DNA from: Bacteroidetes bacterium UBA1312
GTDB lineage: Bacteria; Bacteroidota; Bacteroidia; Chitinophagales; Chitinophagaceae
Direction: 5' to 3'
Assembly (NCBI GenBank): GCA_002307135.1
Contig: DBTQ01000001.1
Location: forward strand, 40,769 to 104,768
Length of the DNA: 64,000 bases
Part shown: piece after piece, positions 17,601 through 28,365 of the stretch
Layout of the letters: each line of letters starts with the position of its first letter
Position numbering within the stretch: position 1 is the stretch's first letter
The notes under the pieces: generated by a model
The model's input: the letters and a program-made list of their open reading frames with translations, nothing else
Database searches by the model: none
Told to the model about the DNA's origin: nothing
Position numbers and translations under genes: made by a program

Positions 17601-20600
17601 TTAGTTCAGACTCCGGAAATCTACAGGAACTAATTTACTGACTCCTAATTCCTGCATGGTTACACCATAAATGACATCTACAGCAGCCATGGTTTGCTTA
17701 TTGTGTGTAACAATAATGAATTGAGAATTGTCACTGAATTTGCGAATCATTTGTGTAAACTTACCCACATTCGCATCGTCAAGCGGAGCATCTACCTCAT
17801 CAAGAATACAGAACGGTGCCGGTTTTATTAAATAAATAGCAAAAAGAAATGCTGTTGATGTCAGCGTTTTTTCGCCACCAGAAAGCTGTGTCAATGTACT
17901 TGGTCGTTTACCCTTAGGTTGTGCATAAATTTCTATACCGCTATCTGCCACATTATCAGGATCGGTAAGGCGTAGGTCGCAGGTATCTTCTTCCGTAAAC
18001 AATGCTTTGAAGACTTCTTTGAAATTTTCGCGCACTAAATCAAAGGTCTCTTTAAACTTACTGTTGGCTGTCATTTCTACCTCTTCGATTGTGGCAAGAA
18101 GAGAGTCTTTGGCATTAACCAAATCCGTTTTTTGTTCTACAATAAAGTCATGACGTACCTTCATCTCTGTGTATGCTTCGATGGCCGTAGGGTTTACCTC
18201 GCCCATATTTTCGAGGCGTTTTTTCATTTTTTCGGCCTCACTACTTAGCTCTTCTACACTCTGTTCACCTTCTCTTGGCTGGTCTAATATTTCTTCAAGA
18301 TCCACCTTGAATTCTACACTCAAACGTTCTTTCAGTCCTGCTAATTGCAGTTTCATTTCGTTGAGTTTATCTTTAATGCCATTGAGTATTATGTCTGCCT
18401 GTTCTTTTTCTCTGCGTTTTTGATTGAGTGCCCCTTCACGCTCACTTACTGAATTGCGAAATACATAAAACAACCGATCAGTCTCACTAAGTACTTTTTC
18501 ATCAGCTTCTTTTTTCTTAAGCATGTCATAAAGCTCAGTATCTCCAAAGTTCAATTTGCCGGACGTTTCACTGATTTGTGCTGATGCTTCTTTGAGTTGC
18601 TCTTTATTTGTGGTAATCTGTGTTTTTAATTCTTCTAATTTTGTATTTCGGAAATTCAATTCCTGACGTAAGCTCTCTAACTTTCCCTGTTGTTTAAGAA
18701 AATGAATATTTTGTTGATTGTATTGTTGTGAAGCCATGTTGAAATCCAACTCTACCGCTTTGAAATCTGCTTCGGCATTTTGTATGCGTTGTTGTAGTGC
18801 TTTGAACGCAACAATAATTTCATCTAATTCATTCCTTGTATCATTAATGTTATCTTGAGTGTCTGCCAATTGTTCCTGAAGCTCATTTAATCTTTTGTTA
18901 CCGGCGGCATTCAGATGCTCTAAATTCTCAATACGATTAGTTAAATTGAGTATGTGATTATTCAGTTTATTCAGCTCTGCTTTGGTTTGTTCAATTGCTT
19001 TGTCGTTTAGCTCTTGGTTAAAGCCTGCAATTAAATTTTGAGTTTCTGAAATTTGGTTATGCAGTAAAGTTGTAGATGCGGTAAGTGTCTCAATTTCTTT
19101 TACAAGCCTTTCCAGATTCTTGGTTCGTCCAATTTTATTACCTTCAAATGATCCAACAGATCCACCACTGAGTGTATAATTACCCCGAAGTATTTTACCT
19201 GTTTTTTCGATTAACACAATTCCTTCGGGCAATTCAGTGGCGAGAAGCGCATCTGCATTATCCGAAATATAGACATGTCCTAACAAATATTGGGCAAGTG
19301 ATTCGTACTGCTCATCAACATTCAATACACTTAGTGCAGAAACTACACCAGGCATTTCAAAAATTTGCTTACTTGCGTTATTATGTTTTGCAAAATAATC
19401 GAGCACAAAGAAATTTGCTTTCCCTTTCTTGTTGGCTTCTAGTAAATGAATCGCTTTTGCAGCTTCATTCATATTATCCACTAAATAGTAATTCAAGTAG
19501 TTGTCTAGCACATTTTCAAGTGCAGCTCTGAATTCATTCTGTACAACAAAAACATCGGATAATAATGGAGCTTTATTATTCCATTCTTTATTCTTGCTCA
19601 AAAATTTGATACTGTCCGGATAACCTTCGAGACTTTCTACCAAAGATTTTAATAGGTCATGTTCATTTTTTCGAGCATCCAAAGTCCTATTCTCATTAAT
19701 CAGTTTTGTGCGTAATTGTTCTACCTGACCTTGATTTTCGAGTATTTTATTTTTGATTGTTTCATGCTTTTCTTGCATGTCAATCAGAGCTGCATGTTTG
19801 TCTTCTTGCTCTAAAGTGGAGTTTGCCTTTTCCTGATTTATTTGTGCTATTTGATTTCCTCTTTGTGCAATTTCTTCTTGTATATGTAATATGCTGCGTT
19901 GCATATTCATTACAGAAGAATCGGCAACAGCAACTTTTTTCTCTGCATCAAATTGACGACGTTGGTCTTGTAACATTTCATTACGTAACCCTTCTAATAT
20001 TTTTTTCTTGTCATCAAATACCTCTTGCTTATCTGCCACCATTTCATGCAAATGTTCCAGTTGTGCACGTGTTTCTTGAAGCGTATTGTTTTCATCATTT
20101 ATTTGTTGGTCTGCTTCGGCAATTGCTGCTTGTAATTGATTTAATTGCGTGTCCGCTCCGGCTAAAAAATGATTCAGGTTTTTTTCTCGTTCACGTAAAT
20201 ATTCTAATCTTTGAGAAGCTAATTTCTTTTCACCCTCAAGCTGAACAATTCGGCTCTGCAATTCATTGAATTGCTTTTGCATTCGGCTTAATTCGTTTTC
20301 TTTTTCTACTAGCTTTACTTTATCACCTTCAATTTCTGCTTCACCAGTAGCAGCTGTAGCTTCGATTGCAATTTTGCGGTCAAGTTCTTTGTCGTGTTGT
20401 TCGTTAAGCCCTTTATATCGGTCGTTGAAGTCTTCTAGCGATGCTTTTGCCAGCTCAATACTGACGATTTTGTATTCATTTTTTATTTGGAAATAACGCT
20501 CTGCTTTTTTTGCCTGACTTTCCAGCGTCCGTAGGTTATTGCCTATTTCAAACAATAAATCTTCGATACGCGACAAGTCCTGCTCTGTTCCTTCCAGTTT

Positions 20601-21137
20601 TTGTTTGGCCTCTTTTTTTCTCGTTTTATAAATAGAGATCCCTGCGGCCTGCTCGAGCATTCTTCTACGAGAACCTTCTTTATCTTTTATAATATCATCT
20701 ACCATGCCCAACTCTATAATGGCATACGAGTCATTGCTTACACCAGTATCTAAAAATAGATTATGAATGTCTTTAAGACGGCAGCTTACATCGTTGAGTC
20801 TATATTCACTTTCTCCATTTTTGTAGAACTTACGGGTAATGGTAACAGTGGTGAATTCTGTCGGCAAAAGATTTCTAGTATTTTCAAACGTCAAAGATAC
20901 TTCTGCCATTCCTGATGCGGCTCTGGTACGCGAACCGTTAAATACAAGGTCTTCTAGGTTGTCGGAACGCAATGATTTTATTTTGTGTTCGCCAATCACC
21001 CAGCGAATGGCATCCACAATATTAGATTTGCCACAGCCATTAGGACCAACTATTCCTGTAATGGGATGGTCAAGCATGATCAGGGTTTTGTCTGCGAAAG
21101 ACTTAAATCCTTTTATTTCGAGCGATTTTAATTGCAA
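17601..21137 (-). CDS. smc: Chromosome segregation protein SMC
   Basis: N-terminal LEIKGFKSFADKT...GPNGCGKSN (Walker A), ~1178 aa with long coiled coils, C-terminal LSGGEKTLTSTAFLFAI signature and DEVDAPLD Walker B. Confidence 0.95.
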   Translation of the reverse strand: MQLKSLEIKGFKSFADKTLIMLDHPITGIVGPNGCGKSNIVDAIRWVIGEHKIKSLRSDNLEDLVFNGSRTRAASGMAEVSLTFENTRNLLPTEFTTVTITRKFYKNGESEYRLNDVSCRLKDIHNLFLDTGVSNDSYAIIELGMVDDIIKDKEGSRRRMLEQAAGISIYKTRKKEAKQKLEGTEQDLSRIEDLLFEIGNNLRTLESQAKKAERYFQIKNEYKIVSIELAKASLEDFNDRYKGLNEQHDKELDRKIAIEATAATGEAEIEGDKVKLVEKENELSRMQKQFNELQSRIVQLEGEKKLASQRLEYLREREKNLNHFLAGADTQLNQLQAAIAEADQQINDENNTLQETRAQLEHLHEMVADKQEVFDDKKKILEGLRNEMLQDQRRQFDAEKKVAVADSSVMNMQRSILHIQEEIAQRGNQIAQINQEKANSTLEQEDKHAALIDMQEKHETIKNKILENQGQVEQLRTKLINENRTLDARKNEHDLLKSLVESLEGYPDSIKFLSKNKEWNNKAPLLSDVFVVQNEFRAALENVLDNYLNYYLVDNMNEAAKAIHLLEANKKGKANFFVLDYFAKHNNASKQIFEMPGVVSALSVLNVDEQYESLAQYLLGHVYISDNADALLATELPEGIVLIEKTGKILRGNYTLSGGSVGSFEGNKIGRTKNLERLVKEIETLTASTTLLHNQISETQNLIAGFNQELNDKAIEQTKAELNKLNNHILNLTNRIENLEHLNAAGNKRLNELQEQLADTQDNINDTRNELDEIIVAFKALQQRIQNAEADFKAVELDFNMASQQYNQQNIHFLKQQGKLESLRQELNFRNTKLEELKTQITTNKEQLKEASAQISETSGKLNFGDTELYDMLKKKEADEKVLSETDRLFYVFRNSVSEREGALNQKRREKEQADIILNGIKDKLNEMKLQLAGLKERLSVEFKVDLEEILDQPREGEQSVEELSSEAEKMKKRLENMGEVNPTAIEAYTEMKVRHDFIVEQKTDLVNAKDSLLATIEEVEMTANSKFKETFDLVRENFKEVFKALFTEEDTCDLRLTDPDNVADSGIEIYAQPKGKRPSTLTQLSGGEKTLTSTAFLFAIYLIKPAPFCILDEVDAPLDDANVGKFTQMIRKFSDNSQFIIVTHNKQTMAAVDVIYGVTMQELGVSKLVPVDFRSLN

Positions 21138-21333
21138 TGGAATTGGTTTTTAAAAGGGTAGCAAATTTAGTGTTTTCGATGAATAGTTTATAATATGTTT
21201 TGCAAGGGTTTATTTATTGAATAAAACCAATGATTTTCGGTTTTATTTTAATGCTCCGGATATTTTGAAGTAATGATAAAAGCAATAAAAAATATACAAC
21301 TTCGTTTAAGTAAAAAATAGAAAAACAGAATTT

Positions 21334-21750
21334 ATGAAAAACCTACTCAAATCCGTCTCAATCATCATTTTATGCTTCATTACAGCTATAGGTTGTAAAA
21401 AGGAAAGTACAACTTTATTTAAAGGCTATTTTTACTCCATTGATAGTGCCAGCGAAATACCCTTGCAATTGTATGTTGATGGAAATTTCAAAGGTACACT
21501 CCCATATCTTAGAGCAACACCTGATAAGCCGCTTTCGGTAAAAGATCCAATATTAATTACAAATGCGTTGACATTGGATATCTTATCTGGTCATCGATAC
21601 AGTATTGTCGCGAAGACAATAGATGGAACAACAGTGGTGTCTGGATATTTAAGCGTTACTAAAAGGGGAAATGATGAAGGAGGTGCTACTCAAGGTGGTA
21701 TTGGGGAGAATATTGAAGGAGCAAGTATGGGTGTTTTTTTATGGAGGTAG
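21334..21750 (+). CDS. Hypothetical lipoprotein
   Basis: Signal peptide with lipobox (ITAIGC). No recognisable family. Confidence 0.5.
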   Translation: MKNLLKSVSIIILCFITAIGCKKESTTLFKGYFYSIDSASEIPLQLYVDGNFKGTLPYLRATPDKPLSVKDPILITNALTLDILSGHRYSIVAKTIDGTTVVSGYLSVTKRGNDEGGATQGGIGENIEGASMGVFLWR

Positions 21751-21843
21751 ATTAAGTGGTGATTAATAATTTAGGGAATCTTCTATGTGCATTGTGATTT
21801 TCAATCAAATTCAACTAATTTTACGGCTCAAATTATATTTATT

Positions 21844-22224
21844 ATGCAATTCCCAGAAGCATTAAAGTACACGAAAGATCACGAATGGATCAAAATTGAA
21901 GGTGATACTGCGACAGTAGGTATCACAGAGTTTGCGCAACACGAATTGGGCGATATCGTATTTGTCGATGTTGATTCAAAAGGTAAAGCATTGCAAACAA
22001 ATGATATTTTTGGAACGGTAGAAGCTGTAAAAACTGTTTCTGATCTCTATTTACCTATTTCTGGTACGATTACTGAAGTAAACCCTGAATTAGATTCCAA
22101 TCCGGAGTTTGTTAATCAGGATCCTTATGGAAAGGGTTGGATGGTGAAAATGACACTTACTAACGTTGCTGAAACATCAGAATTGCTAGATGCCGCTGCT
22201 TACCAAGCACTTGTTGGCGCTTAA
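21844..22224 (+). CDS. gcvH: Glycine cleavage system protein H
   Basis: [33 protein letters not shown]...[11 protein letters not shown] contains the lipoyl-lysine motif. Starting at the ATG at 21844 gives the expected ~126 aa. The ORF track begins earlier at 21787. Confidence 0.9.
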   Translation: MQFPEALKYTKDHEWIKIEGDTATVGITEFAQHELGDIVFVDVDSKGKALQTNDIFGTVEAVKTVSDLYLPISGTITEVNPELDSNPEFVNQDPYGKGWMVKMTLTNVAETSELLDAAAYQALVGA

Positions 22225-22233
22225 TTATTAAAG

Positions 22234-22635
22234 ATGAACATGTGGTATTTGTTTACTGCCCGTTCCCAATATAAAAAACGAGCAAAGTTTGCAGCTATCC
22301 TGTGGACTTTGCTCATTTTTATTGCTTGTTTTATCCCGGGTAACGACATCCCCAATATTAAAGTGCCATTCGCCGATAAATGGGTTCATTTTATTTTATT
22401 TGGAGGTTTTACTTTTTTGTGGCTATTGGTTTATCCTACCCGACGACTCGTACAATTATTTTATTGGTTTGCAATAGGGTGCTTATTGGGCTGGTTAGTA
22501 GAAGAATTGCAAGGGCAGCTTAAATTTCTTGGCCGAAGTAAAGACCTAATGGATATTTTTGCAGACGCGATAGGTGGCTTACTTGGTGTTGTACTATTTT
22601 ATATTTTTGCATCAATTGCCGTTCGACGTGTTTAG
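22234..22635 (+). CDS. VanZ family membrane protein
   Basis: Carries DKWVHFILFGGFTFL and RSKDLMDIFADAIGGLLG, the VanZ-like D-K-x-x-H and R-x-D-x-x-x-D/N-x-x-G patterns. It has 4 TM segments and is 133 aa. Confidence 0.5.
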   Translation: MNMWYLFTARSQYKKRAKFAAILWTLLIFIACFIPGNDIPNIKVPFADKWVHFILFGGFTFLWLLVYPTRRLVQLFYWFAIGCLLGWLVEELQGQLKFLGRSKDLMDIFADAIGGLLGVVLFYIFASIAVRRV

Positions 22636-22675
22636 CATTCATTTTTACAATTAAAAATTAGATTACCCTTTTACG

Positions 22676-23263
22676 ATGTTTCATAAGCTGAAATCTTTAT
22701 TGCCATTTTGTTTTATTCTAATAGTATTTAGCGGCCTGTTGGCTTGTAAGAAAAATATGGAAAAACCAAAGCCAGATACGACTCAGGGTACTTATTTTTC
22801 GTTGTATGGTTTTGTACAGGATCAGTGGCATATTTATAGGGGTCAACCTTATGTGTTGAATAAAATGGTGACACTTAATGGTAAAACAGATAGTTGTCTT
22901 GTGTCGGCATTGAATGTAGAGTGGGGGCAAATTTTCAAAATATTTTTTGAAGCGGATATTAGCGATCCTAAATTTTTGGATCAATACGACTTTACTATGT
23001 TTGATGAAAACACGACTGAAACACGTACATTTTCTTATCAGGCAAAGGATCCTAAATTGTTTACTCAAAAGTTGCAGATTGCAGCCGATCTTTATAATGA
23101 TAAAATAAGGAGTATTTATATTGAAACACAGAAGAATACTTTCTGGAATAATCAAAGTAAAAAACTCTTTTATTCGCCGGCACATATTATTCAAATACAA
23201 GAGCACGACAATCCCTTACTAGGTAGGACTAAGGATTTTGTCATTCAATACAAGTTTCTATAG
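22676..23263 (+). CDS. Hypothetical lipoprotein
   Basis: Signal peptide plus lipobox (LLACKKN). No recognised family. Confidence 0.45.
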   Translation: MFHKLKSLLPFCFILIVFSGLLACKKNMEKPKPDTTQGTYFSLYGFVQDQWHIYRGQPYVLNKMVTLNGKTDSCLVSALNVEWGQIFKIFFEADISDPKFLDQYDFTMFDENTTETRTFSYQAKDPKLFTQKLQIAADLYNDKIRSIYIETQKNTFWNNQSKKLFYSPAHIIQIQEHDNPLLGRTKDFVIQYKFL

Positions 23264-23318
23264 GTGTAAGGCTGGTAAATAAAATGTAGGCAAAAAATGT
23301 GTTTGAAAGTAAAACAGC

Positions 23319-25127
23319 ATGACGAAAGAAGAATTTAGCGCCATATCACCCAGCATATCCAGCCAGCCTGGTTGTTATAAATATTATGATGTAAATAACG
23401 AATTGCTTTATGTTGGTAAAGCTAAAAACTTGCGCAAGCGCGTCAGCTCTTATTTTCATAAAACGCATGATAATAGAAAGACACAACTGCTTGTTACTCA
23501 TATTCATCATATTGAATTTACAGTAACAGACTCAGAGCATGATGCATTTTTGCTTGAAAATTCCCTTATTAAACATTATCAGCCCCGATACAATATTGAA
23601 CTCAAAGACGATAAGACATATCCTTATATTGTTATTAAAAAGGAACGTTTCCCTCGTGTCTTTTTTACACGTCATGTTATACGTGATGGATCGGAGTATA
23701 TCGGTCCTTTTACCAGTGTGGTTATTGCTCGAGAATTGTTGGATTTGATTAAAGAAAATATTCCTTTGCGCAATTGTAGTCTTAATCTTTCGGAAGGGAA
23801 TATTAACAAGGGTAAATTTAAAGTATGCCTCGAATATCATTTGGGTAACTGTAAAGGCCCTTGCGAAGGATTGCAAACATCAGAAGATTACAATGAAAAA
23901 CTGCAATACATACGACATATACTCAAAGGCAATATATCAGAAGTACTTAAAGAATTGAAAGACGAAATGATGCAATTGGCATCGGAAATGGAGTTTGAAA
24001 AAGCCGAAATAATAAAGCAAAAAATAGCTTCATTACAACAGTACCAAAGCAAATCTACTGTGGTTAACCCTCATTTGGGTAATGTAGATGTAGTGACAAT
24101 AGTGCGCGATGAACAAGCTGCTTATGTCAATTATATGATGCTGAGTAATGGGACTATTATTTATGCAAACACAATAAAGATAGAGCAGAAAATAGAAGAA
24201 ACAGAGGCTGCAATATTAGCAATTGCTTATGCACGATTGCGCGAAAAATATAACAGTGTTTCTAAAGAATTAATAGCCCCTTTCATCATTGATTTGCCAG
24301 ATGAATCGCTTGACTTAACGATTCCAAAGGCTGGTGATAAGAAAAAGCTTCTTGATATGAGTTTGAAAAATGCTGAAATATTTCGCTCAGAGATAAAGAA
24401 GAAAAATGCTTTGCTACTTGATACTGCTACTGAAGAGCAAGAAATGCAAGCGTTGATCGAATTACAATCAGTATTGCATTTACCTGCTTTGCCTATACAT
24501 ATTGAGTGTTTTGATAACTCTAATTTTCAGGGTGCTTATCCTGTAGCAGCAATGGTTTGTTTTCGAAATGGTGTTGCCGCCAATAAAGATTATCGTCATT
24601 ACAAAATAAAAACAGTAGTTGGTATTGATGACTTTGCATCCATGAGTGAAGTCGTTTACCGTCGATATAAGCGATTGCTCGATGAAGAAAGGTCATTGCC
24701 TCAATTAGTTATTATAGATGGTGGTAAAGGGCAATTGGGGGCGGCATTGAAGAGTATTGACCGCTTGGGCTTATTGTCTGAAATGACCGTTGTTGGTCTT
24801 GCAAAAAAAGAAGAATCTATTTTCTTCCCTGGTGATAAAAATCCATTACAGCTTCCTTATGATAGTGCGGCACATTTACTTGTTCGTCGAATTAGAGATG
24901 AAGTGCACCGTTTCGGGATTACCTTTCACCGGCAACTACGTAGTGCAGGTACTTTTAAGAATGAATTGGAAGCAATACCTGGCATTGGTGAAAAAACGGC
25001 TACTGAATTACTTACGGAATTTCGTTCTGTCAAAAACATTAAATTGCTTACTGAACGTGAGCTTACAAGAGTTATAGGTGCTTCTAAAGCGCGTGTTGTT
25101 TGGGCTTATTTTAATGACGCGGTTTGA
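23319..25127 (+). CDS. uvrC: Excinuclease ABC subunit C
   Basis: GIY-YIG N-terminus (GCYKYYDVNNELLYVGKAKNLRKRVSSY), ~600 aa, C-terminal HhH region. Confidence 0.95.
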   Translation: MTKEEFSAISPSISSQPGCYKYYDVNNELLYVGKAKNLRKRVSSYFHKTHDNRKTQLLVTHIHHIEFTVTDSEHDAFLLENSLIKHYQPRYNIELKDDKTYPYIVIKKERFPRVFFTRHVIRDGSEYIGPFTSVVIARELLDLIKENIPLRNCSLNLSEGNINKGKFKVCLEYHLGNCKGPCEGLQTSEDYNEKLQYIRHILKGNISEVLKELKDEMMQLASEMEFEKAEIIKQKIASLQQYQSKSTVVNPHLGNVDVVTIVRDEQAAYVNYMMLSNGTIIYANTIKIEQKIEETEAAILAIAYARLREKYNSVSKELIAPFIIDLPDESLDLTIPKAGDKKKLLDMSLKNAEIFRSEIKKKNALLLDTATEEQEMQALIELQSVLHLPALPIHIECFDNSNFQGAYPVAAMVCFRNGVAANKDYRHYKIKTVVGIDDFASMSEVVYRRYKRLLDEERSLPQLVIIDGGKGQLGAALKSIDRLGLLSEMTVVGLAKKEESIFFPGDKNPLQLPYDSAAHLLVRRIRDEVHRFGITFHRQLRSAGTFKNELEAIPGIGEKTATELLTEFRSVKNIKLLTERELTRVIGASKARVVWAYFNDAV

Positions 25128-25155
25128 GTACAAAATGAATTTAATTAAATTAAAT

Positions 25156-25181
25156 AGGGCTGAACAATATTGTTCAGCCCT
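25156..25181. terminator. Bidirectional rho-independent terminator between convergent uvrC and clpC
   Basis: AGGGCTGAACAA TAT TGTTCAGCCCT perfect hairpin with T-rich flank. Confidence 0.7.
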
Positions 25182-25204
25182 ATTTCTATGAGTAGAAAGC
25201 TATA

Positions 25205-27763
25205 TTAATCTTTACTACTTTGTTCTTCTGTTTGCGGAGATGAATGCGTAATTGTAAATACAATTTTAGCTTCTGCTTCACTATAATCTGCGGTCACTAA
25301 ATCACCATTAGCAATCGTGTGATTAAGTATTTCCTCTGCCAATGGATCTTCCAGATATTTTTGGATAGCTCTATGCAAAGGTCTTGCTCCAAACTGTTGG
25401 TCGTAACCTTTCTCTGCGATATATTTCTTTGCGGCATCGCTCAATGACAATGTAAATCCAAGTGTATTTAAGCGTTTGATCACACCTTTCATAATAATGT
25501 CAATGATCTTGTTGATGTCTTCTTGTACCAATGAATTGAAGATAATGACATCGTCTATTCGATTGAGAAATTCAGGAGAGAATGTACGTTTGAGCGCTTT
25601 TTCGATAACGCTTTTTCCGCTTTCTTCTACTGTTGATTGTTTTGCAGAAGTAGCAAAACCTACACCATCACCAAAATCTTTCAATTGGCGAACCCCTATA
25701 TTAGAGGTCATAATGATAAGTGTGTTTTTAAAATCTACTTTTCTTCCAAGCCCATCAGTTAACTGCCCATCATCTAATACTTGTAATAAGATGTTGAAAA
25801 TGTCTGGATGCGCTTTTTCAATTTCATCAAACAAGACCACACTGTATGGTTTGCGACGAATTTTTTCCGTTAATTGTCCCCCTTCTTCATAGCCAACATA
25901 TCCTGGAGGTGCGCCGATCAACCTAGTGAGCGAAAATTTTTCCATATACTCACTCATGTCAATACGAATTAACGCATCGTCACTATCGAACATGTATCGA
26001 GCTAAGCAGCGAGCTAATTCCGTTTTACCAACTCCGGTAGGTCCTAAGAATATAAATGAGCCAATCGGTTTTCTGGGGTCTTTTAACCCCACTCGGTTAC
26101 GTTGAATTGCTTTTACAACTTTAGAGATAGCATCATCTTGTCCGACTACGGCACCTGCTAGGTCTTCGTTCATGCGACGTAGTTTGGCGCTTTCGGCTTC
26201 TACCATGCGCATTACAGGAATCCCTGTCATCATGCTTACAACTTCTGCAATGTTTTCTTCGTGAATAGGGTAGCGCTTACTTTTTGAGTCTTCTTCCCAA
26301 GCTGCTTTTGCTTTTTCAAGTTCTTCGCCAAGGCGTTTTTCTTTGTCGCGCAAAGACGCAGCTTCTTCGAAGCGCTGGCTTTTTACTACTTTGTTTTTCT
26401 CTTGTTTTATTTCCTCTATTTGAGCTTCAAGTTCAATGATATTTTGAGGGACATTGATGTTTTTCAGATGCACCCTTGCACCAACTTCATCCAAAACATC
26501 AATAGCCTTGTCCGGCAACAACCGATCTGTCATGTATCGATCGCTGAGTTTTACACAAGCTTCAATCGCATCGTCATCATACGTTACATTATGGAAGTCT
26601 TCGTATTTTGATTGAATATTTTTCAAAATGAGAATTGCTTCTTCAATACTTGGTTGTTCTACCAATACTTTTTGAAAACGACGATCCAGTGCACCATCTT
26701 TTTCAATGTACATACGGTATTCATCAAGTGTAGAAGCACCAATACATTGAAGATCGCCACGAGCTAATGCCGGTTTGAAAATATTGGATGCATCTAACGA
26801 ACCACTGGCACCACCGGCACCAACAATCGTATGTATTTCATCAATGAATAAGATGACATCTCTGTTTTTTTCAAGCTCATTCATTATAGCTTTCATGCGT
26901 TCTTCGAATTGCCCGCGGTATTTAGTGCCGGCTACCAGAGCAGCCAAATCTAAACTCACCACACGTTTGTCGAACAATACCCGAGATACTTTTCGTTGAA
27001 CGATACGCAACGCAAGACCTTCTATGATCGCTGTTTTACCAACGCCTGGTTCTCCAATAAGAATTGGATTGTTCTTTTTTCGACGAGACAATATTTGCGA
27101 TACGCGCTCTATCTCCTGATCTCTTCCCACAATTGGATCTAATGTTCCACTCTCTGCAAGTCGTGTAATATCACGACCGAAATTATCCAATACCGGAGTT
27201 TTTGATTTAGTGGCTCCTGCTGCACCCGTAGATCCTTGTTTGCGTTGTTGATATTGCTTACGTTCTTCATCGTCTTCAAAATCATCTGGGCCTTGCCCGC
27301 TATCGAAATCGGCATTAGGGGTATTGCCTTGTAAGATATTTAGTTCATTTTTGAAGTTTTCATAGTTTACATTATGTTGCTGTAAAATATTAGTGGCTGG
27401 ATTTTCCTTATTCTTCAAAATAGAAAGCATTAAATGCTGTGTATCCACCGATGCGCTCTTGAGTGAGCGAGCCTCAAGTACAGTAATGCGAATTACTTTC
27501 TCCGCCTGCTTGGTAAGAGGTAAACTATTTAAGTTTTCAAGTGACTTGCTACTTTTTTCTTTAATTACATTTTCTACTTCATGGCGCAAGTTGAAAATGT
27601 CAACATTCATTGTTTGTAATACTTTTATTGCCAAGCCTTCGCCTTCGCGCAAAAGACCTAGCAGAAGGTGTTCTGTTCCGATGAAATCATTTCCTAGCCT
27701 CAAAGCCTCTTCGCGGCTGTAGGTGATAATCTCTTTTACCTTTGGTGAGAAATTGGAATCCAT
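25205..27763 (-). CDS. clpC: ATP-dependent Clp protease ATP-binding subunit ClpC (class I Clp/Hsp100 AAA+)
   Basis: Clp_N repeats at the N-terminus and two AAA+ modules ([16 protein letters not shown]). The middle region is short and UVR-like ([24 protein letters not shown]) rather than the long ClpB M-domain. A GVGF ClpP-docking-like loop is present. Confidence 0.85.
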   Translation of the reverse strand: MDSNFSPKVKEIITYSREEALRLGNDFIGTEHLLLGLLREGEGLAIKVLQTMNVDIFNLRHEVENVIKEKSSKSLENLNSLPLTKQAEKVIRITVLEARSLKSASVDTQHLMLSILKNKENPATNILQQHNVNYENFKNELNILQGNTPNADFDSGQGPDDFEDDEERKQYQQRKQGSTGAAGATKSKTPVLDNFGRDITRLAESGTLDPIVGRDQEIERVSQILSRRKKNNPILIGEPGVGKTAIIEGLALRIVQRKVSRVLFDKRVVSLDLAALVAGTKYRGQFEERMKAIMNELEKNRDVILFIDEIHTIVGAGGASGSLDASNIFKPALARGDLQCIGASTLDEYRMYIEKDGALDRRFQKVLVEQPSIEEAILILKNIQSKYEDFHNVTYDDDAIEACVKLSDRYMTDRLLPDKAIDVLDEVGARVHLKNINVPQNIIELEAQIEEIKQEKNKVVKSQRFEEAASLRDKEKRLGEELEKAKAAWEEDSKSKRYPIHEENIAEVVSMMTGIPVMRMVEAESAKLRRMNEDLAGAVVGQDDAISKVVKAIQRNRVGLKDPRKPIGSFIFLGPTGVGKTELARCLARYMFDSDDALIRIDMSEYMEKFSLTRLIGAPPGYVGYEEGGQLTEKIRRKPYSVVLFDEIEKAHPDIFNILLQVLDDGQLTDGLGRKVDFKNTLIIMTSNIGVRQLKDFGDGVGFATSAKQSTVEESGKSVIEKALKRTFSPEFLNRIDDVIIFNSLVQEDINKIIDIIMKGVIKRLNTLGFTLSLSDAAKKYIAEKGYDQQFGARPLHRAIQKYLEDPLAEEILNHTIANGDLVTADYSEAEAKIVFTITHSSPQTEEQSSKD

Positions 27764-27854
27764 TTAATGTCTTTTTAATATTGTTAAAGTTAGGGATAAA
27801 TGACTTAGTTGTAATGATTTGTTTCCATTTTAACCAAATATTCTCTCCTATGTC

Positions 27855-27862
27855 TATTTTTG
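27855..27862 (+). promoter_or_regulatory. Candidate -7 box (TATTTTTG) upstream of the STAS-domain gene
   Basis: Matches TAnnTTTG 32 nt upstream of the ATG at 27894. Confidence 0.25.
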
Positions 27863-27893
27863 TATTTTAGAATAAAAATCTTCAATACTTTTT

Positions 27894-28268
27894 ATGGAGT
27901 TCAAAATTGATGCCAAAGATAATTATACCCTCATCACGCCAGAATCGGCGATACTTGATGCTAATGTGTCAGATTTATTGGCAGTGAAATGTAAAATATT
28001 GTACGAAAACGGCAGTGAGAATTTCATTGTTGACTTATCCAATTGTAAAACTGCCAATATGGATGCGTTTGAATCTTTGATCTCGTTTACTGCTGATATG
28101 TATGAGATGGAACACTCTTTTGTGTTAACTAATTTAAACACGGAAATACTTAATAAAATAAAGGATGCTGATGCGATTGATCGGCTCAATTATGCTCCCA
28201 CTTTTATTGAAGCCGTTGATATTATTAATATGGAAATATTGGAGCGCGATTTATTTCGCGAAGAGTAA
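27894..28268 (+). CDS. STAS-domain protein (anti-sigma-factor antagonist-like)
   Basis: About 124 aa with an SpoIIAA-like pattern: an N-terminal beta region, a conserved-position Ser/Thr-like segment (DLSNCKTANMDAFESL), and the right size. Weak call. Confidence 0.4.
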   Translation: MEFKIDAKDNYTLITPESAILDANVSDLLAVKCKILYENGSENFIVDLSNCKTANMDAFESLISFTADMYEMEHSFVLTNLNTEILNKIKDADAIDRLNYAPTFIEAVDIINMEILERDLFREE

Positions 28269-28303
28269 GCTCAATTTTAATGATTAAGAGATACATATAA
28301 TGA

Positions 28304-28343
28304 AAAATGTTGAAACAAGTTTTGCACTCATTTCAACATTTTT
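28304..28343. terminator. Candidate bidirectional terminator hairpin between the convergent STAS gene and the SurA-like gene
   Basis: AAAAATGTTGAAA ... TTTCAACATTTTT arms with a 14-nt loop. Confidence 0.4.
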
Positions 28344-28365
28344 ACTCAATATTTCTTAACGACTT

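Noticed and set aside
19172-21153. Several 76-170 aa ORFs on the plus strand (19172..19531, 19757..20269, 20266..20496, 20839..21153) and 18169..18423
   Set aside because: They lie entirely antisense within the high-confidence smc gene. Their Leu/Ser/Phe-rich low-complexity translations are typical of the reverse frame of a coiled-coil gene.
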